Position numbers and translations under genes: made by a program. Of a DNA stretch of 64,000 nucleotides, positions 1 to 12,534 are shown in pieces (positions within the stretch are counted from its first letter, which is position 1; every line of letters starts with the position of its first letter). The stretch lies in NCBI GenBank assembly GCA_021613535.1, contig CP075496.1, positions 4,898,001 to 4,962,000 of the forward strand, given 5' to 3'. This stretch comes from Adineta vaga (taxonomy: Eukaryota; Animalia; Rotifera). Under the pieces are notes generated by a model, which made no database searches, had not been told where the DNA came from, and was given only the letters and a program-made list of their open reading frames with translations.

Positions 1-1044
1 GAAATTCTAGATGCTGTCGCTGGTCCAGATGGTGAAGATGCTACTTTAATATCGAAATCATTTCAACCATTCAAGACATTACGAAATCATCGAGAGAAAA
101 ACGAAAAATCATTATTGGTTTACCTGATGTGCGTAGTCTCGTTTTCTTTTCATTTAATTTTGATTCATTGAATGACGTATAGGATTATGATATTAATGCT
201 CTATCAACAGAATATCGTTCATGTTGGCAAGATCTTGTACATCAATTGACGGAAACAGGCGAATTTGCATTCAGACGAGTACAGATACCGCATAAACCAT
301 ATGCGAATGCAGCTTATACAATTCTCAGTTCATGTGAAATTGCTTCAAATATGTCTCGCTTTGATGGAATTAAATATGGTAAAAATAGCTGTGAATTTTA
401 ATCTGTAAGACTTATTCAGTTAATATCTTAGGTCATCATACGGAATATTGATGCGAATAAAGGAACATATGAAACAATTTTAAGAAACACACGTGATGAA
501 AGTTTAGGTGAACGAGTTCGTGGTCGAATTCTGGCTGGAAATTATTATTTACTTGAAGAGTAAGTGAGAATTATTTTATTGGATTTATTAATCGATTCTA
601 TTTTGATTTCATTAGAAATTATGATAAATATTATGTGCAAAGTCAACGGGTTCGACGTGGTTTAGTCAATGATTACAAGAAGTTATTCGAAGAAGATAAA
701 ATCGATTGTTTATTAGCACCTGTCGTGTCTGATGATCCAATAACGCTTGCTGAGTATGAACAATCAGATGAAATTTTTAGTGGTGATGATGGATTAACTG
801 TAGATGCTAATCTAGCTGGTAAATATTTTTCAATAGTTTTGAGAAAACTGCTTCTAGTTACTACGAATTCTCTTTTTTAGGTCTACCAGCACTTAGTTTT
901 CCAGTTCGAATATCAAGTAAAGGATTTCCGATTGGTTTACAAATAATCGGTCCATTCATGCAAGATCAAGCAGTACTTTCTATTGCTCAACGTATTTGTT
1001 CAACATACCATTTCCCTTTTCTTGATCTTAGCATCCAAATGTAA
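1..1044 (+). CDS. QRSL1: Glutamyl-tRNA(Gln) amidotransferase subunit A, mitochondrial (3' part, multi-exon; 5' end outside window)
   Basis: Spliced exons give LDAVAGPDGEDAT, YTILSSCEIASNMSRFDGIKYG, LGERVRGRILAGNYYL, ANLAGLPALSFPV and GFPIGLQIIG, which are amidase/GatA motifs. Stop TAA at 1042-1044. Two apparent 1-nt frameshifts (about 74 and 442). Confidence 0.92.
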
Positions 1045-1147
1045 ACTCTATATTTTGTAAAACAATAAAACGAGAAAAAAAAACACCAAATGAAAATAGT
1101 TCAGATTGTTTAATATTCTTTTTCTCAATTGAAAGTAAAAAAATTGA

Positions 1148-2040
1148 TTATGCAGTACAATAACGTGCACTACAAATGTTTAACGGTGGTAGGAGATAAA
1201 TAAAGAAACCAGTGCAACTCATGACTTCTATTCTATATAAGTTAACCAATGCCTGGAGAGAAGTTTAATATTATTGTTCCATTAGACGAAGAACCAGGTG
1301 AAGCAGGTAAAGTACCGTTGAGCCAAGTTGATATATAACCGCCACAGTGGCTCCTACCAGGGGGTGAAATGGCCATTGTTGTGCCACCAGTACCAATAAA
1401 GCGTATCCAAGAACCACGGCTAGTCGCATTGAATAATGATCCGCTATCACATGCGGCAGAAACTGTAGTATATGCAATATTTCGTGTTGGATCATTAATG
1501 CTTGTATAAGATAAACAAGGAGGACCCACTTGGCTTCCTATGCTAATAGTACTGGCCATAACGGATGATGCTGTGCTTGATACTGCAATAGCAAAAAAAG
1601 CAACATAATTTGTTTTAATTATATATTTATGCAAAACCGAAAGAGACATAATACTGACATGAGTTTATATTATTAGTGTTTGTTTCTGATTCTGATGTTT
1701 TTTTTCGTGAATTAATTGTACTAATTAATACACCAAGAGTGATCGCTACAACGATAATAATTAAAATGATAATAAGAAATGTAATAATTAATGCTCGACC
1801 ACTACAAAGTATGTTTTCATTCTTGTATGGTGATCTAAAGAATATCTTCTGTTGAAAATCAAATAGTGAGATTTGATCTTACTCATTCGCAAAAATATTT
1901 GATGTTGATGAGTTTATATTTGCATCTTCAAAAATTAATCTTGGTGGTTCAATTGTCGATGAAACTTGTTGTTTTGGATCTTCAAATGCTTGTTGTTTAC
2001 TATATCGTGGACTACAGTGAAAACGAACAATTTTGTGCAT
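1148..2040 (-). CDS. Type II membrane protein with C-terminal UMOD/GP2/OIT3-like D8C domain (3 exons, one apparent frameshift at about 1252)
   Basis: ATG at 2040 (MHKIVRF). Exon 2 has a TM segment ALIITFLIIILIIIVVAITLGVLI. Exon 3 reads CLSYTSINDPTRN..CD..WIRFIGTGG..CGGYISTWLNGTLP, and after a frame change IEVMSCTGFFIYLLPPLNICSARYCTA*, the D8C pattern. Confidence 0.75.
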
Positions 2041-2403
2041 CCTGTTTTTTTCGTGACTCTTTCCCTGCTAGGTCAGTTGTTGTTGAGAAACACTCGTGTA
2101 TTAGAAAGCAACTTTTGAATTGAATCTATTTCAATAAACTTATTTTTCTTTCTCCTCTGTACAATGTACATATAGGAAATTAGATGAAATCTTATCAAAA
2201 CTTTTTGTTATTAAAATTTTTTGAGAAACTCATTTTCTGATTCCATACAATGTATTGCATTTTTAATAATGTTTTTGTGAGGTAATCAGTGAATTCTTTA
2301 TTCATCCTATAAACAACGTTTTCTGTAACTCTGCCAAGTAAAATTCCGTTCAACTAATAAAAAATACTCTGAAATAAATTAAATTTTACAATATTCACAT
2401 TAG

Positions 2404-3529
2404 AATCATGTCAATGTCCTGAATGAAGTGGTTTTTGTCAACAGATCCATGGTCATATAGAACGTTATCATAGTACAAATACTCGTCAAGTAAAGTATTT
2501 TTTCATATGTACAAAATTAAATATCAAACAAGTTAATGGTTTATTTAGAATAAAGAATGTAATATATTCGTTTCTCAACGTGATGATAATCAATTAATTC
2601 TTGTTAGAAATGAAGGAAAAGGGCGAGAATATAAACCAGATGAATCATGTAAACCTGAAGTATGTACTGAATCATGTGAAGGAAAAGGTCGAGCATATTT
2701 TCATGTAAAATTATGTTCTAGAAATAAAAACTGTGCCGCTAAGCTTTGTGTCTACGTTAAACGTTCATATGATCGATGGCATCCATTTATGATTATTTGA
2801 AGCATGTTAATTTAATTTCCACTTTTGACTTTTTTTGTCTCATTCTTCTTCAATCTAGATTGGCATGTTCCATATAATGATGATATTTGATCCATCAGAA
2901 ATAAGTGTTTATATATTATTACCTTTAAACAAAGATATTGTTTTCTTTACTATGTTACAATTGAATCAAAACAAACCGTTTGACGTGTTATTGAAACATC
3001 AAATATTATCAAAGATGTTAAATTTTATTTTATTGCTTATCGTGATCGTCCATCTGAAGATGAAAGTTATGTAATCAAATTTAATCCACATAACTTAACA
3101 AATGATTCTAATATCATCAACTTTCTCGAAGTATTAAATGATGCTGATGAACCTAAAGTACTGGTTTCAATAAAAACAAATCTATTTTAGATTGTTCTCG
3201 ATGGATTGTATGATAAAATGATGAATAAAAACTGACGCGAAAGTAATACTTTAAAGTATATTACACATATTGCTGATTCATCATCACATAGACAGCAATA
3301 TGTTAGTTTTGAACATGATAATTGGCCAGGAGGATATCCATGTGATAAAGCTATAGAAGATAAGTTCTTATCAAATGTAACTTCAACAATTTTTCAAAAA
3401 CATAGTACATACTTTGAAGAAAATTATTTAAATAGAACATTAGATCTTGGTACAAAATTTCTCAGTATTCTATCTCGTGATCTTCTAGCTAAAGAAATCG
3501 ATAGTGAACGTGGATTGTTGAAGTTTTAA
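2404..3529 (+). pseudogene. Degraded Cys/His-rich plus VWA (VwkA-like) domain gene
   Basis: Fragments SCQCPE*SGFCQQIHGHIERYHST, CTESCEGKGRAYFHVKLC, KFYFIAYRDRP, LDGLY and KYITHIADSSSHRQQY..DNWPGGYPC resemble the YRD..DGL..HIADAPPHG..P.G.PC VWA type. In-frame TGA at 2424, 2888 and 3233, plus frameshifts and apparent deletions. Confidence 0.6.
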
Positions 3530-3904
3530 AGTTTTTTTTATTCATATATTATTTTATCCAAGATGCTTCTCTCATGTTTTCAAACACTTCGTAATAAAGC
3601 TTGTTTTACAGTAGAAAAGATACGGTATGCATTATTATCATCATCAACAACAACAACGGTATCTTTCGAAATATATGTGATGGTCGTTGTCTTTTTCGCT
3701 TTTTTCCTCTTCTCTCTTCTCTCTATCAAATAAAAAAAAACGTTAGTGGGCCGAGCAAGAAAAGGTTATCTAACATAAATGTAATGCGATGCGCAACAGA
3801 TTATTATATACATCACTCTTTTTTTCTTCGTTATAGTTGTGTGATTCAGCAGTGAAAGTAAAAACATTAACTACATATACTAGATTTTTCTTGGATATTC
3901 AACA

Positions 3905-4470
3905 ATGGCAGGTGCAAAACGATCAGTCGATTTAAGTAATGCAGATATTCAACAAGCTTGGCAAGATGTTCGAAATGATGCTGCAGATACTAATTGGTAT
4001 TCAGAAGAAGAATATACTCTAAAGAATATGTATTATTTTAAATATTTAGGATTTTATTGACGTATGCGGATAACGGTGATGTTGTACTTAGTGGTAAAGG
4101 TACAGGTGGTTTGACGGAAATGAAAGCACAAATGAATAATAATCAAGTTTATTTTGGTGTAGCTCGTGTTCGAGCTGTTGATGATCATGGAAGTAAACGA
4201 GCAAAATTTGTTTTTATTACATTTGTTGGGGCAGGTGTAGTAAGTATTATTCAAATCGATTTTTCTTTCTCATATATATTTCTATTGTATTAGCCTGCAA
4301 TACGTCGTGCTCGTGTATCAACACATAAACCTGAATTTGAAAGACTTTTTAATGGTTATCATATTCAAGTTTATGCAAATTCCGAAGATGAATTATCCGA
4401 AGAATCAATTACAGCTTCCTTACATGCATGTGCTGGTGCACATAAACCACAAGCTTATGAATTCTCTTAA
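3905..4470 (+). CDS. Coactosin-like ADF-H actin-binding protein (3 exons)
   Basis: Spliced product MAGAKRSVDLSNADIQQAWQDVRNDAADTNWILLTY..GKGTGGLTEMK..YFGVARV..GSKRAKFVFITFVGAGVPAIRRARVSTHK..AGAHKPQAYEFS* matches the coactosin consensus. Confidence 0.88.
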
Positions 4471-4874
4471 TTTCGTTTTAGCTTCTTTTTTTCTTTGCTT
4501 CTATTAATTTTATCTGTTAATGTCTTTGTTATGCATTGATATTTTCTTATATGTAACAGATCAATCGATTTTTGACAATTGTAATAGAAAAATAAATATA
4601 CTATAAATCGATCAGTCGTTTCTTTTCTCCTCATCGTGTATTTATGAATATAATAATCCTATTATCGTAGGTTATCACGTCTTTTTTAGATAATTACAGA
4701 TGGCGTTATCTATCAATTCATTTTTTTTTTGTAGATTGTTATTTATTGGAACAAACCAAAGTACAATAGAAACACGAGAAAAAGAATCGTGATGCAGTCA
4801 ATCACGTTTCGTTCCGAATTTAAATTGTTTAATGTAAAAGATTTTCGTAGTCCCATCCTAAGTCTGAAAAACAA

Positions 4875-7800
4875 ATGACTTCGTTTATAAGTCGTGTTTT
4901 TGGAAAAAATACATCGTCATCGTCGAAAAAAAATGTACCATCTGGAAATACAACATCATCATCTTCATCACAATCACCATTAACTAGCTCAACACTTCCT
5001 TTAACTCCTCTTGACCTTCCGTATGTTTATGAATAATCTGATAATTATCTATTCTGCTTTTATGTTTCATATAATAGACGATGGGTGCCACCAGATTTTA
5101 ATCGTGATAATATTCGTCTTTTGGTATTTTCTGATAGTGATGATACTGGATTACAACTTGTATTTGATTCTAAAACTTTACGTATTGTTCCAACAGCTGA
5201 TAATGAGAATTCAGGTGCTAAATCATCGATAACAACAAATCCATACTCAACATTTTCTGGAGCTTCTCTAACAACTGTAAGAATAAATGTTTTCTTCTCA
5301 ATTACGTTTTTAATAATCTATTTTAAGAATCCAGCAAGTAAACCACCAGCTGGTCCAAGTGGTGTTCGTGCTCGTCCTGCTATAACGCGTTTTACTTATA
5401 AAGGAAAACAATATGAGGTAATTCATAGTATAATTACATAATCTTTTTATCAATTATTTTCCATATATTAGCTATTGAAAGCTTCCAATGATACGCGTAC
5501 CTATGCTGATTATATATTTGGTACTATGCCATTACTACACAAAGGTACTGGAATGAAAATTCATACAAGCAAGTAAGTTTATTTTCTCATTCAGATATTG
5601 AATTGTTTATCTGATTTTTTTTATAGATCACCATTACAAATAATGATGAGTCGAGTTTTCGCTATGAAATTGCCGGAACGGTATTAAATAAAATTGAAAT
5701 TCTTTCATTTCCTTAACATGTTTTTTTTGTACAGTCCCGATACAATGATTAATACGAGTACTACATCTGAACCAGAATCTGCACCAGTCAATCCTATAAA
5801 TTCATTTATGATAGCAAATCTTACTCGGCCATGTATAATATTTAAATTCTTATTCTTAAACTTGAATTTCTTTTTTTCTCATTCGTTCAATTTAGTTAGT
5901 TCAAGTGTGAGTGTTGCATCATCGACTATATCTAGTATTGATATTCTTGGTGATGATTTAACAAATCAAAAATTTGGTCGACTGTATCGTCGATGGTTAA
6001 AATTTGCCAATAAAACAATGAAACAAAATCCTCGACAAGTAAAAACTGAACGATTCTATCATTTTAATTTATCTCATTCTTCTAGCCTGGCCGTCGTCAT
6101 CGTCGATGTATCGGTGTAGCATTTATGGTTACATTTCATCCTGAGGATACAGACAAATATAAGTAAGAATTAAGATTTCATTTGATGACATTTCTACTGA
6201 TTATTTTTTTCAATAGACATTTTGAAGAATTTTTTTGTACACATGCGCCATTGATTGAAAATCATTTTCAGAAAATAATGGCAGCAGCCGAAGCAAATAT
6301 TCATGACCGAAATGCAGTTGCTCCCGCACTATTGGAAGTAAGATAATGAAGAAATAAATTTCAATTAAAAGTCGAAAAATATTTGTTTAGAAACTATTCA
6401 TTTTTCGAGATGATGTTCACACATTATATACACGTCCTCGACTACTATATCCAGCATGGTTTATGCTAACACAGGAACATCTTACAATGTGTAAACGACG
6501 TCAACTAGCTCAACAGTTATGCTCAATTATTGATATATTTACAGGACCGAAAAATGGCGAGTGAGTTCATTCAATAGATGTGAAGAAATTCGTAAGATGA
6601 ACGTATTCTTGTCGTTACTAGCTTTCTCAATTGTGTATTATCAGCAGTACTTAGTTATCAATTATCATGGTTATCTACAGTTTCACCATCACTTACCAAA
6701 TCAAAACAACAAGTTTCATTCAAAACAAAAGCAGATTATGTAACTAAAACGACGCATACTTCCTCCTATTCATTTATCTAATATCTTCTCACTTTCTCAT
6801 ATAGGTTCATTCATTACAAAGTTTTCTTCAATACAGTCCTCTATGGGGACAATTAGTGTAAGTAATAAAGGACTATCTTAAATTTATTGAATTATATTAT
6901 GAATGTTTTATTCATTTAGAGATCTTTTCAGTGCGTATAGTCAACCTCCATATATCTGTCGGACAGTTCTTGTGGGTCGTGATGCATCATTACTTACTCG
7001 TTTACTTTACTTATTGAGTTTCTTCATACGTCCAAGTTATTTAAGTTATAAAATGCCGAATACAAATTTATCCGATCATAATGATGACCACAATCGAAGT
7101 TATAAAAAGATTCGTTTATATATGGATGAATTAATCGGTGAATCAACACAAATTCAAGATATTGAACCGTATTCACCTGTTCATAGTATTCATGATGAAA
7201 CTGAAGAACAAAATCTTGAAGATGATATTGATATTTTATCCGGTGATGAATCTACCAACAATAATACATCTAATAAAGAGACTAATCAAACCACATTACT
7301 TACGGAATCCAGAGATTTCTATCAATTAACATTCACATCTGATGATCTTGAAAGTACTAGTGTTGATGAAAAAGAAATATCACAATTATTAGATTCATTA
7401 GTCATCCATATCGATCAAATCATTCTTAATGAATCTCAAGCAAAACTTCAGTAATTTCATTTCCTTTTGTTTTCCATCTTATTATTCAAATTTTCATTTT
7501 AGATCACCTATTAATTCGAGTGAAACTGTTCGCCTAGCAAATACTTCTTCTCCAGTCAAACCAGTTGTAAATTCAGCACCTTCAAAAATTCTTATGAATC
7601 TTCCATTATTTGAACCGCATCATCTTGGTCATGAACTTCAATATCTGAACAATAATTATCATTTAGATTTAGCTCTGTCATTAATATCATCAGTTAGTAC
7701 AAATTATTCACCTGATTTTATTCTGCAAGCAATTGAAACAAATCATACAAATGATATTATTCACTCCATATGTGCACAACATATTTCTGATACATCAGAA

Positions 7801-8571
7801 ACGGGTGGTCTTTTTCTTGATGGAGAACAAATCGATAGTTCAATAACAATATTAATCAATCTTGATGATCTATCTGTAAATCTTTATTCGAGTAAACATA
7901 ATGATATAGCTCGACGACAAGAACGTACAACATTGATTCAACCATTAATTGATAATGCTCATTTAGCTAAACAATTATTACCAGCTGATTTTGTTCTTTT
8001 AAACATGGAAGATAGTTTACAAGAAATTTATTTTCAAGCATTGGCAGTTCTCAAATATATGAAAGCGAATAATAAATCAGTAAGCACACATACACTAACT
8101 GTCCACACAGTTTTCTAACTAATACTCATACTCACAGGATCATTTGTTCCGTCTAAATGAAGAGATACTTTTTCCAATTTGACGCAATTTTCTTCATCGT
8201 TGCGTCAAACATATGTTCCATTATTTTTTTCCATCATTTAACGTCTTTATAATATTGAATTCTATATTTAGACCTATAATCAAGAAAGCACCAGTTCGTT
8301 TGGTGATTCTGCGTCAACGGCAAGTGTAGCAAGTGGGGATACAGATGATAAACATAGTCGAGCAACAAATCATACAGTAACAGATTTATCTCCTCAAACA
8401 TTAACAACTCCATCAATAACAAATGAATCACCATATACGTCATCAGTTGATAATAGCTCAGAATTGGTACAGAACATTCTACGAAGATTTCATTTACAAC
8501 GATCCGATTACATGTTCTTGAAAAATATCTTACGTGTTCTTGAAACTGAACAAATGCAAATGATTGGTTAG
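4875..8571 (+). CDS. FNIP: Folliculin-interacting protein (FNIP1/2-like), multi-exon
   Basis: WVPPDFNRDNIRLLVFSDSD..LVFDSK (FNIP_N), YIFGTMPLLHKGTGMKIH..PLQIMMSRVF, LSAVLSYQLSWLSTV, YSPLWGQL, CRTVLVGRDASLLTRLLYLLSFFIRPS and EDSLQEIYFQA. The last exons are uncertain (possible frameshift at about 8160). Confidence 0.85.
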
Positions 8572-9184
8572 AAAAGAAAAGAAGCAAAAACCTTGAATTG
8601 TAATTTTGCTTCAGTTGTTTTAACATAATCTACACAGCATTTTGTACTCAGGTTAGTTTGCAGATGTAAAATACATTTTAAAACATTCAATAATAATTTT
8701 AATTAAATGAAGTCTAATGAGTAAACAGATTCTTATATTTCTATCAGATTCTAAGTATCATTGCGTTCAAAAGATTCAATATTTCCTGACACATTGAAAA
8801 GTAAATAAACGGATGTGTTTCAAAATATAGATCACTTCAATGAAATTAAGAAAAAAAAAGCTCTATATATATATATAAACTGCTAACCAGTTGTATCTGA
8901 TTGCTTGATTCATCTGTTTTTCTTTATTCACGAAAGATTTTACAATTTAGAAGAAAAGTCGGAAATAACAACAGGTAATTAAAGAAAATTAAGATCTAAC
9001 TGTTGATCATCTGATCTTTTTATTTTTCCTGTTCTGATCCTAACGAATGCATCGAGACATATACAGACACACACACACACTATTGCATGATATAAATGAA
9101 AAAATAGATTGAATGATACATTGATTTTTTTTAAAGAGAATTCATTTGCAAATTTCAACTGTTTTCGAATTGAAATTTTCTTTA

Positions 9185-9709
9185 TTATTTTCTGAGCTTA
9201 TGCACAAAAAGCATTTGAACGGCATCTTTGAAACATGTTTCACGTTCATCACGTTTTGGTAATTCACCACATCGTTTATATGCAGCAATAAGTGGATTCC
9301 AATGTGGTCGACTATTACGACGTTGTGGTAATGGTTTCACCGAACGAATTTTATGCGAATTCGATTGTTGCCATACAGGTTGTTCTTTCATGTCTGATAA
9401 AATTGATGACCATGATGACAATGGAACATTATTATCATAAGAATCCTTATTTAAAATCACATTTTCATTATCATATCCAAGATATTTTAATGGAAATTCT
9501 TGACTAAGTTCATCATGTGCAGGAGACGATACTGAATGATATAAAGAATTCAATTGCTAAAAAAGATAATCAAAGAAATGAATCGAGAAAATGATGAGAA
9601 TTTGTCGGCTTACATTATCGTCCAATGTATAGATTTTATAAAGAGAAACAGATTGAATAAGTATGAGAAATATGATGAAACGATGGATTGAAATAGATAA
9701 CAAAGCCAT
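9185..9709 (-). CDS. Putative secreted peptide/neuropeptide precursor (2 exons, intron 9557-9613)
   Basis: Signal-peptide-like N-terminus MALLSISIHRFIIFLILIQSVSL, a phase-0 GTAAG..TAG intron, an acidic spacer, then dibasic sites RR and KR flanking NSRPHWNPLIAAY and CGELPKRDERETCFKDAVQMLFVHKLRK*. Confidence 0.7.
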
Positions 9710-10244
9710 TTTTGTTGTTTGATGGACAAGGAACAGAAAACGAGTATCTAAAAGAAAGTTTTTATATCGTTTGAGCAATATGTGAGAAACTGAAAAAGAG
9801 AATGAATGAATGACTTGACTTCTATTAACGTGTAGAATAGTATTAACGAGAATAAGAGAAAACAAAGAACAAGTGTAAAAAGAGAAGGAAAGACCTTTTT
9901 ATAGATTCTATGAATATGAAAAAAATAGTCAGTTGCGTTACGAGAAGGAAAAGTAATAATCATGACGTATTATCATTGAAAAAAAATGGCAAAATTATCC
10001 ACTTAGTTTAATTGTAATGGCACGATTTTGACTTCTGCAACTGCAATGCAAATGTTATATGAATATTAATATATATATGCATGAAACACCATAACTTTTA
10101 GCTACTGAAGTTGCACGACTTGATGAACTCCATCACAATATTGACTCATACAAGACCCTTTTCATCTTTTTCAATAAAATTAATATACAATCTCAAATAT
10201 AATATAGTTCAAGAATACACTAATGTCAAACATGAATATTGATG

Positions 10245-10265
10245 ATATATATATATATATATATA
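10245..10265. repeat. (AT)n microsatellite
   Basis: Perfect AT dinucleotide run. Confidence 0.9.
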
Positions 10266-12534
10266 GTGAACTAACAAGCTGACATACCACCTTCGTCTCT
10301 TGTTTGCCCAAAAATTAGTTCATATTATCGTATTTGGAAATGTTCCGGTTCTTAGTTGAAAGCATTAACAACAAACGGATGTTCACAAATCATGTTAGTT
10401 CATTGTGTTTTATCAAAAAAGAAATGCTACGAACACCCACGAGTTCATTAATGAACACTTGAGAAAGAAAACTCTCTAAGTTAATCTAATTGTTTAAAAG
10501 TAAAAAAAGGAACGGATTCTACTTTTAACTTGATTTAAATCTTATAATCTCCTCTGATATGTCAATTAATCATGTCTATCTATCAACAGCAGAGTACAGG
10601 TATAGTATAATGAAGGTTCGTCTCTATAAGATGTTAATTAAATCCATGATTTCTGTCTAACATTGGATATATATATATATATACATATATTCAGAACGAG
10701 GTTAGTCTACTTTTAATCACATGCCATTCGAGAGGTTGTAACTACATGATCTTTCAAAATCAGCCACATGCTGAAAGAAAAAGATGTGACATACACAGTG
10801 TAGAGATCAATGTCAACAAATGAATTGAAAATTACAGTATTCACAGAGGGATATCTTTGTCTCTTCACGGAAATAACATTTCATATGGTAAGCAGCTGAG
10901 TATTTCTCAAACGGATCAAATAACGGAAAAAAAAACTTACTTTTTAATATTGATGTAAGATTATTTTCATATGTTCTATGATAATATTGTTAAAACGTTT
11001 TGTTACAAATAAAGTCTTTCTATTCTCACGTAACAATGCAAACAGTTGACTTCTTCATCTACATTTTTTGACTGTAATTTAAACTAAATAAATATCGTAA
11101 ATCGATAAAAGATATCAAGTAGTTAACATTACTCATATTGTATAAAATATTCTTAAAACTATCTCTTTACAAATCTATACGACATCAAGATGACAACAAC
11201 TTTTATCTTCGATGAAAACTGAGAGAAAAAATTCAAAAAATCGTGATTGTCATAATGAGTAAAGATATGTTTAAAAAGAAAACCTGAATAGTTTATTTAA
11301 TATTTCACCCACGTAGTGTAATTTGCATGGATAAACATTGTAATGACAAACAAAATCATTTCTTTCCTATAATAATTTAAAATGAGAAAATGTCATTTCC
11401 GATCTTTAACTTACTTACATTTCTACATTCAGCAAACAATGTAGGAGGAATACAATGACGTTGACACGCAGTATTTCATCATATATATCCTTCTATCAAC
11501 AATCGTTTAATTTCCTCAAAATATGATTTGATGTTTTTCAACCATTTCGTTCCTAAGAAACATGCAAACTAGAATGTCATTATTGACAGTGCATTCATCA
11601 GATTACTTGATAAAAAAACTAAATATGGTAGAATAAAACGCGAAAAATCATTCTTTTTCTATGAAATCATATTGCAAATATATCTTGTAACCATTGCTTT
11701 TACACTTCATTACTTTTTCTAATAAAGAAAATTCAATAAAATACCAAGACAAATTATTCATTGCACGAAATGATTTAAATCTAACAATAAAGTTAGTTTA
11801 CAGAAACAAGTTATTCTTTCATTTCCATACTAAATTTAATGGCAGATGATATGATTAACTGATTCAGTTTTGATATTGATATGTTGATATTTGTAGTTAA
11901 AAACAATATGTCTTTGATTAACCGATCTGTCTCAATTTTTCTTTTTGACGTAAGATAGAATGTGATGACAAGTCATTTTTAATTTTAATTAAAGAATGTA
12001 CAACGCATTATGATACTATTCTCATCTTCAAAATATATCTGACTTTATGTAAATTTAATCGTTTGTAAATAACGTCTATAGACAGTACTAATCAAATTGC
12101 AGAGATTTTATTTTTAATACAAACATCTCACATATATGAGACTAAACGTTTGAAATATGCTTCTAGACATAGATGGTGAAATTAATTATGAATTTTATCT
12201 AAAGATATCGAATGTTTCATCGAAGGTTAGTAAGTTCCATGCACTGTAAATATCGACAGTCTGAGTTGACTTGTGTACGAAAAAAGAATATGGCTGATGA
12301 TCTTTTAACAAAGATCAATTCACTTAATATTCAATTATTTGTTGTTTTTATATATGCAATTGCAGACTTAATTCTTGATTAAAATTCAATTTTCCAGTTA
12401 GAAATATATTCAAACAATCTATCTGACATATTTATTTCATAAGAATACAAGATATTACAAAAAAAACAAAATATCTGATTAAATTATACGATTCTTTTCG
12501 TGTCACCATTGATAGAATTACTGTATTGAAAGAC

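Noticed and set aside
2409-2430. In-frame TGA in a CxxU-like context (CPE*), suggesting selenocysteine
   Set aside because: The same gene has other stops (one at a probable Trp position) and frameshifts, and I saw no SECIS-like hairpin. Pseudogene decay is simpler.
8234-8626. 130-aa minus-strand ORF
   Set aside because: Antisense shadow of the last FNIP exon, with no motif.
9900-12400. Long exon-free region as a possible transposon remnant
   Set aside because: No terminal repeats, target-site duplication or transposase/RT fragments seen. More likely regulatory DNA of the prohormone gene plus the ATAD5 3' region.
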